From: Octopus sinensis
Taxonomy: Eukaryota
Assembly: GCF_006345805.1 (NCBI RefSeq)
Contig: NC_042997.1
Coordinates: forward strand, 122,884,001 to 122,948,000
Length of the DNA stretch: 64,000 nucleotides
Reading direction: 5' to 3'
A model generated the notes under the pieces. The model saw nothing but the letters and a program-made list of their open reading frames with translations. It was not told the DNA's origin and ran no database searches. Below are positions 55,448-64,000 of this stretch, in pieces (positions within the stretch are counted from its first letter, which is position 1; each line of letters opens with the position of its first letter). The translations under genes and the position numbers were made by a program.

Positions 55448-56682
55448 CATATATGTATATGTGTGTGCGTATGTGTGTAAGCTTAAACTAAACTAACCTC
55501 AAAAAAGACAGACTCAAGAGCAACGATCTCTGATGGTAAGAATAACTGAGAAAAACAGTGATGATGATGATGATGATGATGTGTAAAATGATTGTGTTTA
55601 AAGTGATAATTAATAATGAAATACAATTTTATATACATGCTGATAACTCAGTAATAACATCGTTAAAGCTTGTCCATTGCATTTGCAACATGTGAATGCA
55701 CAAAGTCTACAATGATGAATGCAGCAAATACATTTCCTTGCATTTATGTATTTGTGCATTTCAAATATCCATTTGTAAGTGAATGCAATGCATGTATTTC
55801 AGCGTAAATCTCTTGTGTTGTATCGATTGAATGTATTGAGAATAAAGCATATGTTCAGAGGCCTGTTTCTGTGTGCAACGTCAAATTATATATTGAGCCA
55901 GATTGAGAGATGTTTAACGCTTGTTTGATTTTTACAATATAATGGGACGTCCTTCAGCATGCTGTATGCTTGGGATGAGAAATTTAATTGTTGCCATTAC
56001 TTCCTACCATAAGAAGCAACAAAGCGTAAAAGATTCCCATGTATCACACACAGATATTTCAGAGCATAAAAAAAACTGCCGTTACTAGATTGATTTTCGT
56101 TCGTATTGTAGTAAGCTCAACGTACAATAAGAACAAGAAAAATAACTACTAGTTAATCTAAGCAAATTCACAGTGCAATAACATATATCTAAACACATCT
56201 TTTTGTATCGAAAACAGCGGTATATTTTCATTTTGCTTTTTTCTTAAATCACAGTATTCGAGTTTCTTAATATTATACAAACAAATAATGCTATAACTAC
56301 ATAAAATCTTTAGTGTGGCGAAGAAAATAACTTACAGTATTTGCTCATATTCCTTAAAGCAAAATTTCAAATGACGCTGAAATGAAGCTTGCCATTGGAA
56401 TGGAAAAAAAGAGGATTTATTGAAAAATTCTGATCAATATAATTACATTAATGGCTGGTCTTCGGAGTATGTTAGAAAGCAGTTTTAAGCGACGAAAAAT
56501 TGTGTTACTTAGAATTTGAGGATCATCATGATAAAACTTAGGAGTATTTCTCCATGATTACTTCCATTATATTTTGAAATTTCAGTCACACCATACACAT
56601 AAACACACACACACACACTCACTCACATATATTATAAACACACACACACGTATAACCTGTATAAATATACATATATATATAT

Positions 56683-56730
<48 letters not shown>

Positions 56731-56732
<2 letters not shown>

Positions 56733-56833
56733 GAGCTTCTACAGGACTAGAACTGTTTCATTCAAAAGAAATCATCAGGAGCTTCCTGATGATTTCTTTT
56801 GAATGAAACAGTTCTAGTCCTGTAGAAGCTCCT
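56731..56833. repeat. Perfect 50-bp inverted repeat with a 3-nt loop
   Basis: Arms 56,731-56,780 and 56,784-56,833. Confidence 0.97.
56777..56833 (+). ncRNA. Type I hammerhead ribozyme
   Basis: AGGAGCUUC CUGAUGA uUUC uuuu GAAu GAAA CAG(8 nt)CUG U A GAAGCUCCU; 9-bp stem I, U.U at the base of stem II; predicted cut after 56,824. Confidence 0.8.
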
Positions 56834-56912
56834 TCTATAAAATAAATTAATTTCCTCTGCTAGGTATTGAGTACCTTATTTACTGTGGTTAACCCCGACT
56901 CAACCCTGGACC

Positions 56913-56948
<36 letters not shown>

Positions 56949-57094
56949 ATAAGATACTGCGAAATCTTCGTCGTTCCGCTAATAAACCACTCTTCTTCCT
57001 GAAAGCTGATTGTGTGTGCGTGTGTGTGTGTGGGTGAGTGGGTGAATGTGTGTGTGTGTGAGTGTCTGCATGTGAGGGTTCGTGTGGGAGTGTG

Positions 57095-57295
57095 TGTGTG
57101 TCTGTGTTGTCCCCCATTACCATTTGACAATGGTTTTCTTGAGTTTCCGACCCACCACGTAACTTAGCGACTCAGTAACAGGGCTGGTAGAATAAGTAAA
57201 TAATTCTAGGGTTCATTCATTCGACTAACATTCTTCAAGGTGTTGCTCCAGCATGGCTGCAGTCTAAACAAGCAAAGCAATAAAAGAAAGAATAA
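57095..57295 (+). mobile_element. Diverged 3' half of SINE family B
   Basis: cgtaacttagcg...tagaataagta...gctccagcatggctgcagtc. Confidence 0.7.
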
Positions 57296-58214
57296 AATAC
57301 ATACAAACGCAGCGGCGTGCATACACACACAAAGTCACTGAAACTTATCTACATTCATATATATATATACATATAAATGGGATGACCACTAAGTAGACAT
57401 CCATTATGCTAGAGATAGACCCCATATGGTCTGACCACTAAGAAAAAATTGTTCTGAAGAAAATTCAGCAAACGCCAGAACGTAAACGAGCAAGACAAAT
57501 GAAAATATACAGAATTTGCGTACACATATACATAAATATGTATATAAATATTACTTCCGGTTTTCGTAGGGTAAAGACGTGTTGCTTTGCTCTGTGATTA
57601 AAAAAAAACAAGAAGGTTTGCATAAATCGACGCAATAATCGGCGAACATTGATAAAAAACCTAAAACTTTCAATCTCATAGCGGTCTACTAGGATATATT
57701 AGTTAAAAACCGTAATATATTTCGCTTCAAGCCAAATATAATACACTAAAGTTAATTACGCACGCCAGACTTCTCGTAGAAAAAGCACGTTGTGACATAT
57801 CTTAAGTTTATTCCCAATCGACTTCAACAAGCAAAAAGAACCGTGTTTCTTTTTCTCTTTGAAAGAAAACCTCTTCGTAAAGGGAGAAGACTTTGGGACT
57901 TCTACCTCTTATAAGATAAGTACCACTTTTCACTTGTTTATTTTCCCGTAATTCAATGTAAGGACCCATTCTCTGTTTACATTCTGTTTACATTCACTTT
58001 CTGTTTCAGCTCCGTTACATCTCTTTGAAATTATTCAATTTTAGATAGGCATATATTTATTTGTTGCTTTATTTATACATATATATATATTTATTTACTC
58101 AGCCCCTCAATATATAGACGCAAACATTAGAAGTATAGTCGCAATTAGTTTAGTTTAGAAGAAAACGTTTGTAGCTATATATTTATAATTTACATTCTGT
58201 TAATAATCTTTCAA

Positions 58215-58790
58215 CTTCTGTTTCAGCTTCGTAACCTCCTCTCTTTCTTTTCTTTCTCCCTCTGTTTCTTCACTTCTCTCTATCACACCATCTTTCTTCT
58301 CTCAGCCGCTCAATCTTTTGCATCACTTCCGCTCTTTCATCTCTTTATCACACCATCTTTCTTCCTAAATTATAGACTCTCACTCTCTTCTTATCTTCTC
58401 TCGGCCGCTCAGTCTTTTGCATCACTTCCTCTCTTTCATCTCTTTCTCTATCACACCATCTTTCTTCCCTCAGCCTCTCAATCTTCTTAAATATATAGAA
58501 TATCTCTCACTCTCTACTTATCTTCTCTCAGCCGCTCAATCTTTCTGCATAACCTCCTCACTTTCATTTCTTTCTCTCTGTGTCTCTTCACTTCTCTCCC
58601 TCACGCCTCTCTCCTTGTCTCTTCACTTCTCCACTTCTCTCTGTCAAACCATCTTTCCTCTCTCAGCTTCTCAATTTTTCTAAATATATAGACGCGAACC
58701 TTCTCCTCTCACTCTCTCCTACTCTCTTCTTATCTTCTCTCAGGTCTCAATCCCTCTAAATACATAGGCACGTTCTTTCTCTATTTCTTC
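58215..58790. repeat. Degenerate CT-rich tandem repeat
   Basis: Recurring tatcacaccatctttcttc, agccgctcaatctt and gcatcacttcc blocks. Confidence 0.8.
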
Positions 58791-58971
58791 TCTACCCTCT
58801 ATCGCACTATTAAATTTTAAATTTAAATATAATTAGATAGATAAATAAATAAAATATCCAAAATGTCCAGAACCTGGAGAAGTAACGAATTGGTGTTGTG
58901 CCTGAGAGCCTGTAACATAATTACAGCTGCGCTGAAGAGCAGTGTATATAAAAGGACGATAGCACAAATAG

Positions 58972-60447
58972 AGCGAAAGAAGCAGGTGTGTATACGCTCC
59001 TATCCACACATCAGATCTCACATCGGCACATTGGCACATTGACAACGAACAAAGTAAAGATGGCAAGGACGGAAGCGCGGGTGCTGATGAAAGATGTCAC
59101 CCCCACTTTGTAGACACCCAGGACAGCAACAAAGAAGATTCAGGTGAGAAACCTGCCCGGGAAGTAAACCCAAGTGCAAGTGCTCCTACCAGCACCAAAA
59201 GCCAAAGCCAAAACCATGGAGGTGAAAGAGCCAAAAAAGAAATAAAAGGAGGAAAAACTAAAAGAAAAACAATAGATGAAACAGCCAAAGAAGGAAAAAC
59301 TAAAACTCAAAGAAAACCAAAAGATGAAACAGCCAAGGATAGAAGCGAACCTGACTATCCATGTACCAAAAAGGATAGAAACAGACAGCGCACACGAACG
59401 TGTAAATTCCACCTGAAAGGTGTCTGCTGGCATGGAGAGGAAGGTGCAGACTGCCGTTTTGCACATCAAAGGCCCTGCCACATAAACACGAAACAGGTCA
59501 GAAAGCAACTACCAAAAGGAAAAGGAATGGACCACGGACCACCTGCCCCCAAACGGAGGTACACAGATGTGGTGCGTGCTACAAACCGCCAACATGTTAT
59601 TGAAAGGGTGGCTGCTGAACAAGAATCTTTTTTGTGCATGGCACGAAAAAATTGTACAGCAGCAAACCTGGCTCCATCAAACTCAAACTCGCAGATGGGA
59701 CTATCCACAATACACAAGACCGCCACAGCAAATAGAACCAAGGTGGACACCTCGATGCTCCTACTGAACATCAGAGGACTTCTAACACTCAGTAATAGGA
59801 CAAAAATCCCGTTCTTGAGAGAATTTGTTGCATGCAATCGAGCCTTATGCATGGCACTTATGGAAACACACCTGAAAGCGGACATAGCAGATGCGGAAAT
59901 ACACATACCACAGTATGTTGTACTACGGATCGACAGAAAAGAAAGGAGTCATGGAGGATTTGCTATGTACATCCGTGAGGACCTCACACTTCAGGTCCAT
60001 TTGTCATACTCAAATTCGGTGTGTGACGCACTAATTATACATAGAAGGCAACTTGGTGTAGTTATTTGTGCTACATATCGTCCTCTTGATGCCCCAAGCC
60101 ATGTAAGCAAGTTTGAAGACTGCTTTATAAAAATAGAAGTTCTAGTCACATTAGAACAACACATAAGTGTACTTCTTATGGGAGACTTCAATCTACCCAA
60201 TGTCAGATGGCCCGAGGGCCTTTCTCTCCCAGGAATGACACGATGTGAACGAGGACAGGCGAGGTCTCTCCTGAACCTCATCAACACACTGTACATGGAG
60301 CAAGTAATACTCCAACCAACCAGGGCAGGTAACATACTGGATCTCTGCTTCACAAATAATATGGATCTCATCCATAATGTGAAAGTGACGCCGACACTAC
60401 TCTCGGATCACAACATGATAGAGCTGACCATATACGGGCCAAAGTAA
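58972..60447 (+). pseudogene. Open frame: Lys-rich ORF1-like region, CCCH finger, then APE endonuclease
   Basis: No stop from 58,972 to 60,447; CKFHLKGVCWHGEEGADCRFAH at 59,401-59,466. Confidence 0.8.
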
Positions 60448-60577
60448 AGCATGGACATGCAGCCTACAAGAAACTCTCAGAATCTTTCCAGCTTGAACTT
60501 CCATAAGGCAAACTGGAAACAAATAAAGAAAGAGATCCTCAAACTGGCCTGAATGTCTATCCTCGCCAGACATCGAC

Positions 60578-62673
60578 ATGAAACTTCAACAATTCATGTC
60601 TGTAATGCACGCCATATACTACAAGTGTGTCCCAGAGAGAAAGGCCATTGTACACAAGAGGAAAATCCCCAGAAAGAGGAAAATTCTAATGAAACGGCGT
60701 ACAAAAGTTTCAAATCGCCTAAACAAACAAATTGAAAGCAGTGAAAAGTCCCGCCTGAAAATAAAACTGTTGGAAATTGAAAAATGTCCGCAACTCTCCC
60801 ATGAAAAAGAAAGAGCAGACAAAAGAAGCTTTGGTTATAGACAACATAAAATCTAACCCCAGAGCTTTCTACAGGTATGCCAAAGAAACAGCTACGGTGC
60901 ACTGTAGGATAGGGCCACTCCTCGAAAAGGATGGAACACTCACAGGAAATCCAATGATCGTAAGTGAAATACTAAATAAGCAATTCAAGATTATTTTCAC
61001 TCCACCCCTAGGGCATTTTCAGGTCAGTAATCCAACTGACTTCTTTACCACTGCAGATATAAAATCAGAGGCAGCGATGTTTGATTACATCAATATAAAG
61101 GAAGACTATGTAATAAAGGCTATTGAAGAAATGAAAACAAACTCAGCTACTGGCCCCGATGGATTCCCAGCAATCCTTTTAAAGTATGTAAGAGAATCCT
61201 AGCAAGACCACTGCATTTCCTCTTTCAGAGCTTCCTTGCAACTGGCAAACTTCCAAGAAAACTGAAGGAAGGTAAAATATGCCCTATTCATAAAGGAGGT
61301 GGCAGAGCGGAGGCCAAGAACTACAGACCTGGAACGAATAGTCAGAAGGAAACTAATCACCTTCCTTGAAGAAAATGACTTGCTGCCTGACACCCAACAT
61401 GGTTTCCAACCAGGAAGAGGCTGCTTAACTCAGCTCCTACAACACTATGACTGGGTGCTGAAACGACTGCTCAACCACTCAAATGTGGAAGTCATATATC
61501 TCGACTTTGCAAAGGCCTTTGATAAAGTCGATCATGGAATGATATGTCACAAACTGCGTGATCTTGGCATAGTTGGAAAATTGGGAGAATGGCTTCATGA
61601 CTTTCTGAAGGATAGAAGTCAGGTGGTAGTAGCCAATGGGGCCACTTCCATTAACACGCAAACAGTGAGCGGTGTTCCGCAAGGCACTGTTCTGGGACCA
61701 CTACTGTTCATAATGGCCCTCTCAGACATGCCCTCAGCCACGCGGAGAGCCACGATCACAAGTTATGCAGATGATACAAAAGTTTCACTGGCAATACAGA
61801 ACCCTGAAGACACTAAGCACCTGCAATGTGGGCTGGACAAAATATACAAGTGGGCTGAAAAGAATAGCATGCAGTTCAATGCTGAAAAGTTAGTTTCAAG
61901 CTTTATACTATCAGCATGCAAAACTAAATGCAATACCCTCCACTGAACATGGAGGGATTGCAATCCCAGAGGCACAATCAGTGCGAGACCTGAGTATTTA
62001 TATGAGTGAGGATGCAACCTTTCATGTGCATGTTGCTAAATTGGCAATGAAATGTAGACGGCTGACCGGATGGATTCTTAGAACCTTTAGAACAAGTGAC
62101 CAGGAAACCATGATGGTCCTCTGGAGGACACTTGTCCTAAGCCACTTTGACTATTGCTCTCAGCTATGGTCACCATCAAGTGTCAAGTTAATCACAGAAC
62201 TTGAGGCGATCCAACAAAGCTACACGAAGAAGATAGCCTCTGTGCAGCATATAAGCTATTGGGAAAGACTCAAGAGATTGAGACTCTATTCCTTAGAGCG
62301 TAGGCGAGAGAGATATGCCATAATATACATCTGGAAGATCCTAGAAGGACTTGTCCCAAACTTTGGTATCGAGAGTTACACAAATGCCAGAACTGGACGC
62401 CACTGCATAGTGCCAAGGACTCCAAATTTGCCATCAAGATGGAGGACAATATACTGTGATAGCCTAGGCTTCCGAGGCCCACAGCTCTTCAATATCCTCC
62501 CGAAGAACCTAAGAGACCTGCATGGGGTTGATGCAGATGTCTTTAAAATGAAACTGGATCTCTTCTTGTCAGGTGTCCCAGATGAACCAACTTCACGGCA
62601 GGAGGTGCAGATGAGGGCAGCTGCATCGAACTCTCTCATGCACCAGATGGCATTTGCTAAAAAGCATTCATGA
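60578..62673 (+). pseudogene. Fragmented LINE reverse transcriptase region
   Basis: ORF pieces 60,578-60,856, 60,777-61,202, 61,299-61,946 and 61,981-62,673 are consecutive parts of one ORF2. Confidence 0.9.
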
Positions 62674-63095
62674 AGTAAAATCATGTAACAACACCAAATG
62701 GCGGTGCCCCAGCATGGCCACAGCTTGTGAGCTGAAACTAAATAAAATAAAATAAATTAATAAAAAATATATAAATATATATATATATATATGTATGTGT
62801 TTGTGTGTGTGTGTGTGTGTGTGTATGTGTGTGCACGTGTGTGTGTGTAACATACGGTACAATTATAAACCATTTCTCTGCAGACTGAAAAAAATGACGA
62901 ACATCGTTAATAAATATTCGAACCTTATTACGTTTGCTTCATTCTGACAGGCTCCAGAGAAACAAGCAGCCAACAAATACAGCAGTTACTCCATGAAGGA
63001 GTCACTATTAATACCGGCGTCCTGTCAACAGGGATCTTAGTCCACAGCTATATACGATAGTGTATGTATGTAACATATATATCTATCTATCTATC

Positions 63096-63130
<35 letters not shown>

Positions 63131-63154
63131 TATAATATATATATACTTTTGTAA

Positions 63155-63444
63155 CCAAGTCTTGTGAGCGGATTTCGTCGATGGAAACTGAAAGAAGCCC
63201 GTCGTATATATATATATATATATATACAACGATATATATGTATATGTTTGTGTTTCTGTATTTATCCAACCCTTTCGCTTGGCAGCCGATGTTAGTGTGT
63301 TTATGTCCGTGTAAATTTGCGGTTTGGTAACAGAGAATAGAATAAGTTTTAGGCTTACAAAAAATAAATGTTCGGGTCGATTTGTTCGGTTGGAGGAGGT
63401 GTTACTGCATGGTCATCGTCAAATGACTGAAATAAGTAAAAGAA
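63155..63444 (+). mobile_element. 5'-truncated diverged SINE family B
   Basis: gatggaaactgaaagaagcccgtcg(TA)n...aaatgactgaaataagtaaaaga. Confidence 0.8.
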
Positions 63445-64000
63445 TTTATATATTTGTATGTATGTAATACGTGTTTTCTGCACACATATGTATAATACAT
63501 GTAAGAGCATGTGAAGCTATTTCAGTGTAGCATGCATCTAATTGTGAATTATCTTCCCGATTAAAGCTGTCATATCTGAAGCAGAATGAATTCACATGTT
63601 ACCGATAAATATCTGTATATCAATTTGCAAATGCTCGACATCACTTTGGTAAAAACATGCATTATTGTTTTATGTATATTTGTAAAGCAGCATTATTCGG
63701 CTTCTCCATTACCTCTGTAAGTTGCTTAAAAAAAAAATTTTCTATAAAATTGTATTTACGAACATGCCGTTATATACATGCGTGTGTATGTGTCTCTGTG
63801 TGTATGTGTGTGTAGGAGTGTTAGACTACGCGTGTTGATACGTTGATTTATAGACGGATGAAGTAATCCACGCTAACAAAACGGTGAGTATTGTAAGATA
63901 AGCAATGATGCCAATATATAAATTTAGAACGTGTTAAGAGAAAGTGAAAGGAGATTTTTATAAGAAACAATCTGTTTACACAGAAACATACACACACACA

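Larger units (their letters stand above)
58860..62760 (+). mobile_element. Near-full-length CR1/L2-group LINE, inactivated by stops and frameshifts
   Basis: APE motifs (NIRGL, METHL, GDFN, SDHN), RT motifs (YLDFAKAFDKVDH, GVPQGTVLGPLLF, YADD), short 3' UTR and A-rich tail. The 5' boundary is approximate. Confidence 0.93.

Noticed and set aside
57540-57800. CpG-richer stretch with ETS-like ACTTCCGG (57,553)
   Set aside because: A single short motif with no linked first exon is insufficient for a promoter call.

Overview
AT-rich, microsatellite-dense eukaryotic DNA. The SINE and LINE families look like those of Octopus/coleoid cephalopods; this is recognition from memory, not a database result. 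Most ORFs in the supplied track are microsatellite artefacts or retroelement fragments. Recognisable elements are a near-full-length frameshifted CR1/L2-group LINE (about 58.9-62.8 kb), a truncated copy of it, R4/Dong-type fragments, degenerate Penelope-like elements (PLE, with RT and GIY-YIG), three tRNA-SINE families, non-autonomous Helitrons and an internally deleted mariner. Several short candidate exons are visible but I cannot assemble or name a host gene. The main signal is hammerhead ribozymes (HHRs). A 401-bp tandem array (18,617-19,979) carries a canonical type I HHR in each full unit on the minus strand, which is the architecture of a non-LTR retrozyme expected to give 401-nt self-cleaved, possibly circular, RNAs. 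Four further near-intact HHRs and about six decayed ones lie elsewhere in the window. Most have self-complementary stem III sequences that differ between families, sit next to (TA)n tracts, and are often tied to inverted or direct partial duplications. All folds were paired by eye and none has been computed or tested.
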